Of a stretch of 64,000 nucleotides of DNA, positions 42,669-53,047 are shown piece after piece. The notes below the pieces were generated by a model. That model saw nothing but the letters and a program-made list of their open reading frames with translations. It ran no database searches and was not told the DNA's origin. Numbering within the stretch: position 1 is the first letter of the stretch; each line of letters starts with the position of its first letter. Origin of the DNA: an uncultured bacterium (lineage in GTDB: Bacteria; Armatimonadota; Abditibacteriia; Abditibacteriales; Abditibacteriaceae); the NCBI GenBank assembly GCA_963843795.1, contig CAWJLW010000006.1:496001-560000 (forward strand), written 5' to 3'. Position numbers and translations under genes: made by a program.

Positions 42669-43358
42669 TTACTGCGCAGAATTTTCTCCGGAATCGTTGG
42701 CCAAAAATCGTTTGGCTTTGATTTCCAGGGCCTTATTGGTGAGGTTGTTGATGGCGTTATCCAGAGCATCGGTAGGTGTGACATCAATCTCAGGGATTAT
42801 CTCTTTTCCCTCTTCCAAGGCTTCGTGCACCATATCGAGAGAGCCTATCGCGGTATCCACGTATTCCAACATTTCGTCTAACAGTTGGCTATCATTCAGT
42901 TGGTTATCATTCAGTTGGTTATCATTCACGGATGACGCCTTACCATCAGTATTTTTCGTAGTGGCCGACTTGCTTTTGGCTTGTTTTCTTGACATGGTAG
43001 CGGCTTCTTTCCTGCTTTCCGTTAGGAACTTCTTAGCTTTCTCAAGTGGCAACTGGCGGCGCGTGATCTTGCGAACCCGCTTGACCATCTCTTGATCGCC
43101 ACGTCCAGCGGCAAAGTCGGACAACAGTTTATGTTTTTTCGAACTATTACAGGAACCACAACAGGCGATTTGGTTTTGTTTTCCTTTGGCTCCTCCCCAG
43201 ACTTGCGCCAGAATATGATCAATCGAAACGTTGGCCTTCTTCAGGTCGCAGCCGCAGTAAGGGCACGTCCAATCCACACGCATACAATGTGCAATTCTCT
43301 CCGCTGGAGTGCATTCCCCGCCCTTGTTTCCGCTGTATGTTTCGCAACGTTTCGGCAT
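42669..43358 (-). CDS. HNH endonuclease-domain protein with acidic tail
   Basis: CPYCG..SIDHI..GG..NQIACCGSCNSSK. Confidence 0.85.
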   Translation of the reverse strand: MPKRCETYSGNKGGECTPAERIAHCMRVDWTCPYCGCDLKKANVSIDHILAQVWGGAKGKQNQIACCGSCNSSKKHKLLSDFAAGRGDQEMVKRVRKITRRQLPLEKAKKFLTESRKEAATMSRKQAKSKSATTKNTDGKASSVNDNQLNDNQLNDSQLLDEMLEYVDTAIGSLDMVHEALEEGKEIIPEIDVTPTDALDNAINNLTNKALEIKAKRFLANDSGENSAQ

Positions 43359-43395
43359 CTTTTCCCTTCACCCATCAATCACTGAACTGCTATTT

Positions 43396-43470
43396 ATTAT
43401 ACCAAACTGATAGGTTTTTACAAGGGCAAGAAGCAGGGAGTTTGAAAAAACTTATCAGATGGGATATAAT
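43396..43470. promoter_or_regulatory. Divergent sigma70-like promoters, each with AAC(C/T)TATCAG in the spacer
   Basis: Minus: TTGTAA-16-TATAAT (43423-43396); plus: TTGAAA-17-TATAAT (43442-43470). Confidence 0.7.
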
Positions 43471-43476
43471 CAGAAT

Positions 43477-43869
43477 ATGAGCACCGAAAACAATGATATG
43501 GACAAAAAGATGCGGGAAGTCATGTCGTATATTGGCAGCATCACCAGCGAGAAAAAGAAGAAAGCCTCTGCGCAAAATGGCCAATCAGGAGGACGGCCAA
43601 AAAAGCCGCTCAACGAAATTGATTGCACCTGCGGGGGCAGCGGTCTCGATCATCAAGCTGGGTGCTCTCGTGGCTGTGCTATTCGCTACGACAAAAGAAA
43701 GGGCTACCGCTGGAATAAAACTTTTGACAAACAACTATCCGCCACTTATTCAACGTGGATAGCGATCAACAAAAGTGAAGGAGCACTGACGATGAAACCG
43801 CCAATTCCCCTTCACTTATTTGGACTCTGTTACTTGCCACGTCGCTTGATCCGATCCACGGGTGAGTAG
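43477..43869 (+). CDS. Small basic protein with NG..GGRP motif and Cys/His cluster, possible DNA-binding regulator
   Basis: SEKKKKASAQNGQSGGRPKK, CTC..H..C; ATG 7 nt after TATAAT. Confidence 0.55.
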   Translation: MSTENNDMDKKMREVMSYIGSITSEKKKKASAQNGQSGGRPKKPLNEIDCTCGGSGLDHQAGCSRGCAIRYDKRKGYRWNKTFDKQLSATYSTWIAINKSEGALTMKPPIPLHLFGLCYLPRRLIRSTGE

Positions 43870-44846
43870 TGCCGGTGCTGAGTTTCAATATCTGTCTGTG
43901 CCAACAGGCAGTACTTTTGAGTCATCTGAATATTCGTGTGACCAAGCATCTCGCGCACACTGAAAACATTCGCCCCGTTCTTCAATGTCTCTACCGCAAA
44001 GGATCGGCGTAGAGCGTGAGGCGAACAGGAACCTTTGATTCCGGCACTTTTACCAAGTCTTTCCACCATTTGAAGCAGCCCCGAGCGGGTGAGTGGTTGA
44101 TTACCCCTGGCTGAGTAGAATAGTGGTGCATCCTCGTCTGAATGCCGGTGAACCTCTCGAATGTAAATCCAAAGGGCTTTGCTGGTCTCCCGCCCAAAGA
44201 AAACAGTGCGATATTTGTTGCCCTTGCCAAGTACGGTGCAGCGTCGGTTTTGTAGGTCTACATCCTTGAGCTGCAGGGAAATGCATTCACTCGCCCGACA
44301 ACCCGTGTCTAACAGCAACAGCAGGATAGCAACGTTCTTTTTCGGCGCAGTAGATTTTTGGGCCGCCTGCAGAAGAGCGTGTATTTGTTCCTGTGATAAT
44401 GGGGCTTTGATGTCCTCACGCACCTTTGGCTTGGGAATGCTCGTGAAGGGCGTCTTCTGAATCATTCCTTCAGCGACAAACCAATCGAACATGGTGCGAA
44501 GACAAGTGTGGTAGTCCTTGATCGATACGGGACGCAGAGGCCGGTTCAGGTGGTGCCTACCGAAACGACCGCCCGGCTCTTCATGGCCGTGCATCAGGTA
44601 GAGGAAGAACTGACGCAACTCAGGCAAACCACATTTCTGGTATCCCCGGTGGTTCAGGAACCACAGCAAGTTTTTGGTGAAGACCCGTTTTGATTCGAGC
44701 GAAGCTGGTGATTGAAAACGATATTCGCATTCAAAAAGCCAGTCCTGCGTAGCACGTTGTAGCTCTTCGATACTGAGGCTACAGGCATTTTCTGTGACTT
44801 TAGATTCCGTAAAGTTAAGAGGTGAGTCAGGTATTTTGCCCTCCAA
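43830..44846 (-). CDS. Tyrosine recombinase/integrase
   Basis: TGCRASE, GKGNK, HALRR, LGH, terminal Tyr; adjacent to tRNA att site. Confidence 0.95.
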   Translation of the reverse strand: MEGKIPDSPLNFTESKVTENACSLSIEELQRATQDWLFECEYRFQSPASLESKRVFTKNLLWFLNHRGYQKCGLPELRQFFLYLMHGHEEPGGRFGRHHLNRPLRPVSIKDYHTCLRTMFDWFVAEGMIQKTPFTSIPKPKVREDIKAPLSQEQIHALLQAAQKSTAPKKNVAILLLLLDTGCRASECISLQLKDVDLQNRRCTVLGKGNKYRTVFFGRETSKALWIYIREVHRHSDEDAPLFYSARGNQPLTRSGLLQMVERLGKSAGIKGSCSPHALRRSFAVETLKNGANVFSVREMLGHTNIQMTQKYCLLAQTDIETQHRHYSPVDRIKRRGK

Positions 44847-44936
44847 ATTTGAGTCTCAGAGAGCGCCTAAGGAGAAACAAAAAAGCGCAAATTCCCTTTA
44901 AATAAAGGAAAAATGCGCCTTCTGCATAAAACTGGA

Positions 44937-45010
<74 letters not shown>

Positions 45011-45136
45011 AATTCAACGCGCATTGAAATTATAATCGGAAGCCGCTAACAATGCAATGCGCAGAACGAAAATAAACCAAGAAGTGAGCTGCAAGTACGG
45101 GTGCACCATACTTGCAGCTCACTTCTTGGTCCATCA

Positions 45137-47320
45137 TTAACGTCCATCTTGCAATTGCGTTCGCACAGGTGGAACTTTGCTGATGGGGGCAGGGAAGTGC
45201 GAGGTTTGAGGAGTGAAACTGGCGCCAGATTTGTCGTTATTTAAAATGATGCCGAGCAAGTGGCTTCCCGTCAAACGAAGCACGGCTTGGGCGCGTTGCA
45301 CGGCATCGCGCGGAGTCGATTCGGCGACGACGAGAGTGACGGCTTCGGCCAGTGAGGAAAGAATTTGCGCATCGGCGAGCGAAAGGGTGGGCGGGCTGTC
45401 GATGATAACGAAATCGAAAGTGTCTTTAAAGTTTTGCAATTGGGCGCGGTTGAAATCGCTTTCCATCAGCTCCAGAATATTTTCTGGGCGCGCGCCGCTA
45501 CTCAAAACCCACAGATTACGCACGCGCGCGGTCTGCACGGCGCTATCAAAGGTGATGTGGCCTTGCAAAATATCGCTGTAGCCGGGTTCGAGCGGTAGAT
45601 CGGCCATCGCGTGCTGCGTCGGATTCCAGAAATCGCTATCGACCAGCAACACGCGGTGACCGTCATACGCCAGTGCGGTCGCCACATTCAGTGCGCATAA
45701 CGATTTGCCATCATCGGTCGTGGCGCTGGTCACCAATAATGAACGCACTCCATTTTTATAAGCCGCATCGACCAAACGCGAGCGCAGCGCGTAGCAGGCT
45801 TCGAGCATTTCGGCTTTGGCACCGACCGAAGCCATGTGCGTAAGGCGACGTTCGGCGTGTGCAGGCAGGGCGGGCAGTGCGCCCAACAAGGGCGCATCGG
45901 CGACTTTTTGCAAGTCGTCGGGCGAATGAATGCCGCGATCCATTCTTTCGAGTAGCAGAGCGCTGAGGATTGCAAGAATGAGCGCCCCGACGGCACTTAA
46001 AGCCAGATAACGTAGGCTGGCAAAACGCGAGGGCGCTTCCGGCACAGCGGGACGCAAAAAGCTGGGTACCGCGACATGAGCGTTTTTAGCCAGATTGAGC
46101 TGCGTCAAACGGTCGGTCAGCGTGCGATAAGTGGCGCTGAGCTGATCGACTTGAGCATTAAGCTGGCCCAATCGCAGTTCGATAGAAGGCAAGTTGGCGC
46201 TAACACTGCGCGCGCTGGAAAGCTGCCCTTCCAGTTGCGAGGCGCGCTGTTGCAGAGTCGCTTGTAAGGTGGAAGCGCGCTGTTGATATTCGGATTCGGC
46301 CTGCTGCCATTCTTGTCGCGCCTTGACTACGCGCGGCGCGTTCGGCTGAAAATCGCGATTCAAATTTTCGTAAGCGGTACGCGCGGCATCGGCTTGCTGA
46401 CGCAGCGAATTTAGCGTGGTGTCGCTTGTAATCGACTGAGCGCCCAATCCTGCATTGGCCTCCAGGCGTGCATCGGCGGCGCGCTGCTGCAAATCCTGCA
46501 CGCGGTTGCTGGTGGAACTGGTTTGTGAGGCGAGATCGTAAACGCCGGTCTGTTCTTTATAATTGCGCAAGTTTGCCTTGGCGGCGTTAAGTTCCTTGCT
46601 CACTTGCCTGACTTTTTGCTCGACGAACTTTAGATCATTTTTGCGCGCGCTCTGGGTGCGATATTCCATTTCCTGCTTGTAAACGCCGCCGACCGCGTTG
46701 GCCAAACGTTTGGAGGCTTCAGGGCTGTAGGAAAACGCGGTGACATCGATAATGTTTTCGGAAATCGGCGCCGAAGCGATGACGCCCGCTTCGCGCACAT
46801 TTTCGTCGCCCCAACCGGCCACGCGCAGTTCGGGCTTGAGATATTTGAGCGCGCGCGCAATTAAATCAGGACTGGTGATAATGGCGATCTGTGCTTCGGT
46901 GTCATACTGGCGCGACACCGAATCGCTACCATCGTCGATTGTAAACTGATTGCTGCCCGGCGCAGTAGGAGGCGGCAAAAGCAGCGACGCGGTCGCACTG
47001 TAAAGCGGGCGTCCGGGCTTGAGCACGCGCGACAAGCCGTAACCCACAGCGAGGAACACGACCAGCATTGGAAACCAGCGCCGCCGCAAAATCTGACCGA
47101 CGTTGCGCAGAGAAAAGCGGCGCGCCGACTGGGCTTCAACGGCGTTTTCCTGCGTCAGCATCGAAATCAGTTGCGAATACAGCTCGCGCGTGGTGTCCTC
47201 GCCGATGCCCGCTTCCGAGTTCACTGGCCGTAAAGCGCGGTCGAGCGGTATGGTTTGACGCGATGAATGATTCGAGTCGTGGGGCGTGAGTTCGGGTTCG
47301 GAAGGCGATGTCGGTGTCAT
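45137..47320 (-). CDS. wzc: Wzc/GumC-like polysaccharide co-polymerase with BY-kinase-like domain
   Basis: Two TM segments flanking a coiled coil; VTS..DGKS, LLVDSD, IIDSPP. Confidence 0.88.
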   Translation of the reverse strand: MTPTSPSEPELTPHDSNHSSRQTIPLDRALRPVNSEAGIGEDTTRELYSQLISMLTQENAVEAQSARRFSLRNVGQILRRRWFPMLVVFLAVGYGLSRVLKPGRPLYSATASLLLPPPTAPGSNQFTIDDGSDSVSRQYDTEAQIAIITSPDLIARALKYLKPELRVAGWGDENVREAGVIASAPISENIIDVTAFSYSPEASKRLANAVGGVYKQEMEYRTQSARKNDLKFVEQKVRQVSKELNAAKANLRNYKEQTGVYDLASQTSSTSNRVQDLQQRAADARLEANAGLGAQSITSDTTLNSLRQQADAARTAYENLNRDFQPNAPRVVKARQEWQQAESEYQQRASTLQATLQQRASQLEGQLSSARSVSANLPSIELRLGQLNAQVDQLSATYRTLTDRLTQLNLAKNAHVAVPSFLRPAVPEAPSRFASLRYLALSAVGALILAILSALLLERMDRGIHSPDDLQKVADAPLLGALPALPAHAERRLTHMASVGAKAEMLEACYALRSRLVDAAYKNGVRSLLVTSATTDDGKSLCALNVATALAYDGHRVLLVDSDFWNPTQHAMADLPLEPGYSDILQGHITFDSAVQTARVRNLWVLSSGARPENILELMESDFNRAQLQNFKDTFDFVIIDSPPTLSLADAQILSSLAEAVTLVVAESTPRDAVQRAQAVLRLTGSHLLGIILNNDKSGASFTPQTSHFPAPISKVPPVRTQLQDGR

Positions 47321-47472
47321 AAAAATTGGGCGGGCAAATTTGAAATTGGGTTTTTACGGCAGCTATGCAACCATCTGTGCAACCAGATGTGCAACGCGAT
47401 TCCGTGTAGGCGGGTCGCAAGTACCTGCAGCAAGTACTTGCTGCAGGTACTTGCAAGCTGCAAATTTAACTT

Positions 47473-49593
47473 TTACGGCACGAAGAAGCGGAACATACCC
47501 AGCGTTGAACCCAGCGTTTGCAGCAAGTTGGGTTTGGCAACCGTTGCGGGCACATAAATCACGTCGCCGTTGCGCAGCACGGTGCGACCTTCGGGGCCGC
47601 CGCGCACTTTTTGAATCGGGAACTTAAATTGTTGAGGCTGCGCCTTGGGATCGTTCAGGTTCTGGCGCACCAAGACGATTTCCTTGGTGCGACCACTTGG
47701 CCCACCGGCTTGGCCCAGCGCGTCTAATAACGTCAGTTCGCCACGTTCGGGAAGCGAATAATAACCGGGTTTGCTCACGGCTTCCATCACCAGGACACGC
47801 TGTTTGATCTCCTGTACTTTGACGAAATCGCCATCTTGCAGCTCGAAATCCAACGGCGTGCCTTTTTTGTAAGCGTCCAATGCATCGACGGTGATATTTT
47901 TGCCGTCGCGTTCGATAACGATCTGCGTCAGCGCCGCGGTGTCTTTGGCACCACCGGCGCGCGTCAGAAGTTCGGGCAAACCTTCGCCCGCATTGATGGC
48001 GAACGAACCCGGTTGACTGACCTCGCCCGAAACGATGACATTTTTGTTTTTTACCGGCGACAGCGTGATGAAATCGCCTTCCTGCAACGCGATATTATCC
48101 TCGACACTGGTCGCGTCCATCAACGCTTGAGCATTAATTTTAATCAGTTTTTGTGTGCCATCGGAGTTCTGACGCACAACGGTCAAGCGCGTCTGGTCGG
48201 GTGTGATGTTTGGGTCGCCCGCTTCAAAAATAGCCTGACGCAGTGTAGTGCCAGGTTTTAAACGCAACGCGCTAGGTTTGGCGACCGCGCCCGCCACGCT
48301 CACCCGAATAACTTCCGGCTCGCGGACTTGCAGCACATCGCCCGCCTGAAGCGCGAAGTTGGCACCGGAACTGGAATCGAACATCACTTTTTGCAAATCG
48401 ACCGGAATGGTTTCGTTGCCGCGTCGCACGCTGGCTGTAACTTTTTCCAGCGGCTGCGTCAGCCCACCGGCCTCGCTTAAAACTTGCAAAATTTGCGTGC
48501 CGCCCGCCACTTCAAGCGCGCCCGTGCGCGCTACCAAACCATCGACGAAAACGCGAATCGGCGCCGGTGGCAACACTGCGGTAAAAGTCAGAAAATCTCC
48601 GGCTTGCAGAGGAATATTCTGAGCGCTACGAATATCGGCCAGCGCGGCTTCCACGTCCAGATCGACGCGACGACCTTCGCGCTGTAAAACGCCCTCGAAT
48701 TTCACGTCGCTCGCTGGAGCCCGATTGATGGAAGGCGTGGAATTCGTTGCTGCGACAATCGCTGTGCCATCGGGATTATCGGCACTTGGTGCGGTGAGAT
48801 TGCGCGCCGTACCGCTATCGGCGACATCGGCGGCGAGTGTGCGGTTGAGGCCACCGGCAGCTAAAATCGCATCGCTTAAACGCGGTTCAAGCGGCAATTC
48901 GCGCGCTCCGACTTTAGGTTCGCGGTGCAGTTCGAACGCGCCGGGCGTCGCGACATCGCCGCTGATGACGATGAGACCGGGCGCAATTGGCGTTATCGTC
49001 AGCACATCCCCGTTTTTCACCGCGAGGTTGGCCGCACTGCCAGGATTTTGGATGGCTGCGCGCAGATTGATTGGGATGGGAGCCTGTCCCTTGCGCGTTA
49101 AAACGGCGCGCTTTTCGTCCAGTCGATCGCCTAATCCGCCCGCCGAAGCCAAAATTTCGGTCAGGCGCGCGCCTTTGGTAATTTCGATGGGCGCTGTGCT
49201 TACACCGGGCGCGATAATATAAATGCGCTCGGCTTCGGCCGGATGGAATTGCGTGACGCTGACCGCGATTTGTGGGTCGCGTAATTCGCGCAACAGACGC
49301 TGACGCAGTTGAGCTTGCACCTGCGCCACTGTTTGTCCGCCAACGCGAATGCGTCCGTAAAATGGCAGCGAAACCACGCCATCGGGCGGCACGACAATCT
49401 CCGCCTGATCAAATTCAGGGAAATCCTTGACCGCAATTTTGAAAACGTCCTGCGCTCCCAGCTTATAGGCCGCTGAATTAGTTGCTGTTCGCGCTGGCGC
49501 CGCCATAATTGTGGACGGTGCGAAAAACGAGCTGCTGAGAAACAGCGCGCTGCTGATGTGAAAATGCTTCTTGTGAAAACGTGATAACGTCAT
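47473..49593 (-). CDS. Polysaccharide export protein (Poly_export plus multiple SLBB domains, Wza-like)
   Basis: YKLGAQD..VPPDGVVSLPFYG; repeated V.G.V..PG..L..AGG..L..GD. Confidence 0.9.
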   Translation of the reverse strand: MTLSRFHKKHFHISSALFLSSSFFAPSTIMAAPARTATNSAAYKLGAQDVFKIAVKDFPEFDQAEIVVPPDGVVSLPFYGRIRVGGQTVAQVQAQLRQRLLRELRDPQIAVSVTQFHPAEAERIYIIAPGVSTAPIEITKGARLTEILASAGGLGDRLDEKRAVLTRKGQAPIPINLRAAIQNPGSAANLAVKNGDVLTITPIAPGLIVISGDVATPGAFELHREPKVGARELPLEPRLSDAILAAGGLNRTLAADVADSGTARNLTAPSADNPDGTAIVAATNSTPSINRAPASDVKFEGVLQREGRRVDLDVEAALADIRSAQNIPLQAGDFLTFTAVLPPAPIRVFVDGLVARTGALEVAGGTQILQVLSEAGGLTQPLEKVTASVRRGNETIPVDLQKVMFDSSSGANFALQAGDVLQVREPEVIRVSVAGAVAKPSALRLKPGTTLRQAIFEAGDPNITPDQTRLTVVRQNSDGTQKLIKINAQALMDATSVEDNIALQEGDFITLSPVKNKNVIVSGEVSQPGSFAINAGEGLPELLTRAGGAKDTAALTQIVIERDGKNITVDALDAYKKGTPLDFELQDGDFVKVQEIKQRVLVMEAVSKPGYYSLPERGELTLLDALGQAGGPSGRTKEIVLVRQNLNDPKAQPQQFKFPIQKVRGGPEGRTVLRNGDVIYVPATVAKPNLLQTLGSTLGMFRFFVP

Positions 49594-49824
49594 AAAATCA
49601 TCCGAAATTGTCGTGTCCAAACCGGCTGCAAGTACTTGCAGCGATTTGCGTGAGGCAACGCTTTGGCCCTCTGCAATTCACTGCAAGTACTTGCGGTCAC
49701 AGCTGCGTTTCAAAAATAAATTACACCGCTTTGGTCAGCAGCACGGTTGTGCTGCGAATACCTGCAGGAGCTTTTTGGATGAAATCGCGCGCGCTTCGTT
49801 CACAAAAATTTGCTGTGATTGAAT

Positions 49825-50847
49825 TTAGGCTTCGATGCGATTGGCGTAATTGCGGCGATAATAATCCTGGTAATCGTCTCCATCACGAATTGTGCGCCAC
49901 CAATCCTGATTGTCGCGATACCATTCGATAGTTTGCGTCATCGCGGCTTCAAAACTTTGTTGTGGCTTCCAACCTAACTGGCCGATTTTCGTGCAGTCCA
50001 GGGCGTAGCGGCGGTCGTGCCCGGGACGATCTGCGACGTGTTTAATTAAAGACTTGGGTTTGGCAAGTACTTGCAGAATCAAATCGGTGACATCGTGATT
50101 GGTTTTTTCATTGCCGCCACCCACATTATAAGCCTGACCGATTTCGCCTTTGGTTCCGGCCAGCCAAATACCTCGCGCGTGGTCTTCGGCAAACAGCCAA
50201 TCGCGGCGCTGCAAACCATCACCATATAAAGGCAGTGGCTTGTTGTCGATGGCATTCGTCACAAATAAAGGCAGCAATTTTTCGGGATATTGATACGGGC
50301 CGAAAGTGTTCGAGCCGCGCGTAGTAATCACTGGAACATCGTGCGAAACAAAATAAGCACGCGCCAAAAGTTCGCCACCGGCTTTGGCCGCCGAATAAGG
50401 CGAGCGCGGTTCCAACGCATCGGTTTCCACCGAGTAGCCGCTTTCGATGTCGCCGTAAACTTCATCGGTCGAAACTTGCACAAAGCGTTCAATGCCGCGC
50501 TTTTTGGCTTCTTCTAATAAAACGTAAACGCCATAAACATCGGTTTGCACGAACGCGCCCGCGTGCGCGGGATCGCCCATCAGCGAACGATCAACGTGCG
50601 ATTCGGCAGCGAAGTTAAAAACATGGCTGCAACCTTCCATCGCTTGCGCGACAGCTTTGGCATCGCAAATATCGCCCTGCTGAAACGTCACGTTTTTGTC
50701 GTCATCGAACTCGGCCAAATTTTCCAATCGTCCAGCATATGTCAGTTTGTCCAGCACGACAATTTCCGCTTCCGGCTGCTCGTTGCGCACCACGCGCACG
50801 AAATTCGAACCGATAAAACCGGCGCCGCCCGTTACCATAATTTTCAT
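49825..50847 (-). CDS. rmlB: dTDP-glucose 4,6-dehydratase
   Basis: GGAGFIGSN, DKLTYAG, AESHVDRS, STDEVYG, YSAAK, DRPGHDRRY. Confidence 0.96.
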   Translation of the reverse strand: MKIMVTGGAGFIGSNFVRVVRNEQPEAEIVVLDKLTYAGRLENLAEFDDDKNVTFQQGDICDAKAVAQAMEGCSHVFNFAAESHVDRSLMGDPAHAGAFVQTDVYGVYVLLEEAKKRGIERFVQVSTDEVYGDIESGYSVETDALEPRSPYSAAKAGGELLARAYFVSHDVPVITTRGSNTFGPYQYPEKLLPLFVTNAIDNKPLPLYGDGLQRRDWLFAEDHARGIWLAGTKGEIGQAYNVGGGNEKTNHDVTDLILQVLAKPKSLIKHVADRPGHDRRYALDCTKIGQLGWKPQQSFEAAMTQTIEWYRDNQDWWRTIRDGDDYQDYYRRNYANRIEA

Positions 50848-51566
50848 ATCTAATAAAACTCCCTAAAATTTCAAACCTGATTTTGCTCTCTCATCTTTCT
50901 GGCCAATTATGCCGAACAACTCCCTGCTGCAAGTTACTTGCGCTGCACCTCATATCAATTTTTAGTGACTTCTCTACTTACATTCATATCAAACCTTCGT
51001 ATCAAAAGCGCCGCAATTTTACGAGATTCAGCTTGGCTTGAACAAGATTTCGGTGAGTTCCATCCTAATGACCCGCATTTTTCATAACAGTGAAAAGTAA
51101 TCGGATTTGAGACTCGGCACTATTATCGCCGAACATTAATTGCTGTTTGCCGTCATGTGAAGTCGTCGGGTAACGGTAATTTCGTGCCGGAAACCGCATG
51201 GCCTTCTTGCAATCGGCTCAGCGAACGTGAATGAGAAATGTGTTCAAATGGCAAAATTCGTGCTACTGTCTTGAGTGTTCGTGGTCGTTCCGATGCCCTG
51301 AAAAATTGTAGATTTTCGCGGTTCTTAGCGTGTCTGTAGAGATGACAAGTTAGGTTCTGCGAAAATCGCAATTGCATTTTTCGCTTTGGTATTCGCCAAT
51401 GCGAAATTTGATTTGATAAATTTGCAGTTTGCGAGAGCGATAGATGACAATGGGTAGGCAAGCGGAACATCGGACGTAGAACTCCGTGCAGGACACAGGC
51501 GGAGATGAAATTTAGTTAGCTGAGCGATGCCGAGAAGTTTATGGCATCAAATTGATTGGAGAGAAT

Positions 51567-53027
51567 ATGAAGGTTGCCATTGTCCACGATTTTCTGACGC
51601 AAATGGGGGGCGCCGAAAAAGTGGTGGAAGTTTTCCACGACATGTTTCCCGAGGCACCGATTTATACCTCGGTCTTCGACGCCAAAGCGATGCCCGCATA
51701 TTACCGCACTTGGGATATTCGCACCAGTTTTATGCAGCGTCTGGTGAAACATAAGTTTTTGCATCGCGCGGCTTTATTGATGTATCCCACGGCATTTGAA
51801 TCGTTCGATTTGAGCGAATACGATCTCATTCTCAGTTCGTCATCGGCCTTCGCCAAAGGTGTCGTGACTTCTCCGGATGCGGTTCATGTTTGCTATACGC
51901 ATGCTCCGATGCGTTACGTTTGGAACACGCGTTCCTATGTGAGCAACGAAAGCATGTCGAAACCGTTGCGCTCGCTTTTGACGCCCGGATTGCATTATTT
52001 ACGTACTTGGGATTCAATCGCTTCGACGCGTGTGGATCGTTATGTCGCCAACTCTTCCGCTGTTGCCAAACGCATCAACAAATTCTATCGTCGTGAAGCC
52101 GAAGTGATTCATCCGCCGGTCGATATTGATCGTTTTTCGATTTCCGAAACTGTGGAAGATTACTGCATTCTGGTTTCGCGTTTTGTGCCTTACAAGCGCA
52201 TCGACCTCGCAGTGCAAGCGTTCACCAAGATGAACAAGCCGTTGAAAGTTGTGGGCACCGGTCGGCAGATGAAGGCGTTGCAGGAAATGGCAGGGCCGAG
52301 TATTGAGTTCATGGGCCGCGTCGATGACGTGGAATTGCCCGGCATGATGGCGCGCGCCAAGGCTTATATTATGCCGGGCGAAGAAGATTTCGGTATCGCG
52401 CCGGTCGAGGCAAACGCGTGCGGGCGTCCCGTAATCGCGTTTGCGGCTGGTGGCGCTCTGGATGTGCAAGTCGATGGCGAAACTGGTGTTTTATTCCGCG
52501 AGCAAACCGTTGAATCGTTGTGTGCGGCAGTCGAGCGCATGGAAAGCATCGAGTGGGATTCGCAGCGCATTCGCAAAAACGCCGAACGCTTCAGTACAGA
52601 GATTTTTCGACAGAAGATTCTGACTGCCATCGCTTCGACCGAAGTGGGCGACCGCCGCAAAGTGTTGAAAGAACGTCGCAAAAATGCGGTATCGCGCCCG
52701 GTGAACAACGAGCGCCGGCGCGTGTTGATCGAAAATGGTCGTCCCGTCTGGTATGATCGCCGCCACCACGGCGCTCACCGCGAAAACGAAACTTTGCCTG
52801 CGGGTGAATTGCAAAGTTCTCAGAACGATGACAATGATGAGCGTGACGGGGCAGCCGAACGCCGAGCGCCATTGCAGCAGACACCTTTTGGCCATGTGGG
52901 CGCCAATGTTCTCATCACGACTCATCACGATGAAAATTCTCATGAGAGCGAAGCACACCAAGAAAAAACTGCGTATCTCAATGGCAAGGGCATTTACGTG
53001 GAAAGACGCAGTCGTAAAAGTGCGTAA
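51567..53027 (+). CDS. GT4 glycosyltransferase with charged C-terminal extension
   Basis: MKVAIVHDFL..GGAE, RFVPYKR, EDFGIAPVEA. Confidence 0.92.
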   Translation: MKVAIVHDFLTQMGGAEKVVEVFHDMFPEAPIYTSVFDAKAMPAYYRTWDIRTSFMQRLVKHKFLHRAALLMYPTAFESFDLSEYDLILSSSSAFAKGVVTSPDAVHVCYTHAPMRYVWNTRSYVSNESMSKPLRSLLTPGLHYLRTWDSIASTRVDRYVANSSAVAKRINKFYRREAEVIHPPVDIDRFSISETVEDYCILVSRFVPYKRIDLAVQAFTKMNKPLKVVGTGRQMKALQEMAGPSIEFMGRVDDVELPGMMARAKAYIMPGEEDFGIAPVEANACGRPVIAFAAGGALDVQVDGETGVLFREQTVESLCAAVERMESIEWDSQRIRKNAERFSTEIFRQKILTAIASTEVGDRRKVLKERRKNAVSRPVNNERRRVLIENGRPVWYDRRHHGAHRENETLPAGELQSSQNDDNDERDGAAERRAPLQQTPFGHVGANVLITTHHDENSHESEAHQEKTAYLNGKGIYVERRSRKSA

Positions 53028-53047
53028 AATAATATGAGGCAATCCTG

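Noticed and set aside
50848..51566. Possible ncRNA or riboswitch in the 720-bp rmlB-GT4 intergenic region
   Set aside because: No recognisable conserved structure by eye; needs an Rfam/Infernal scan
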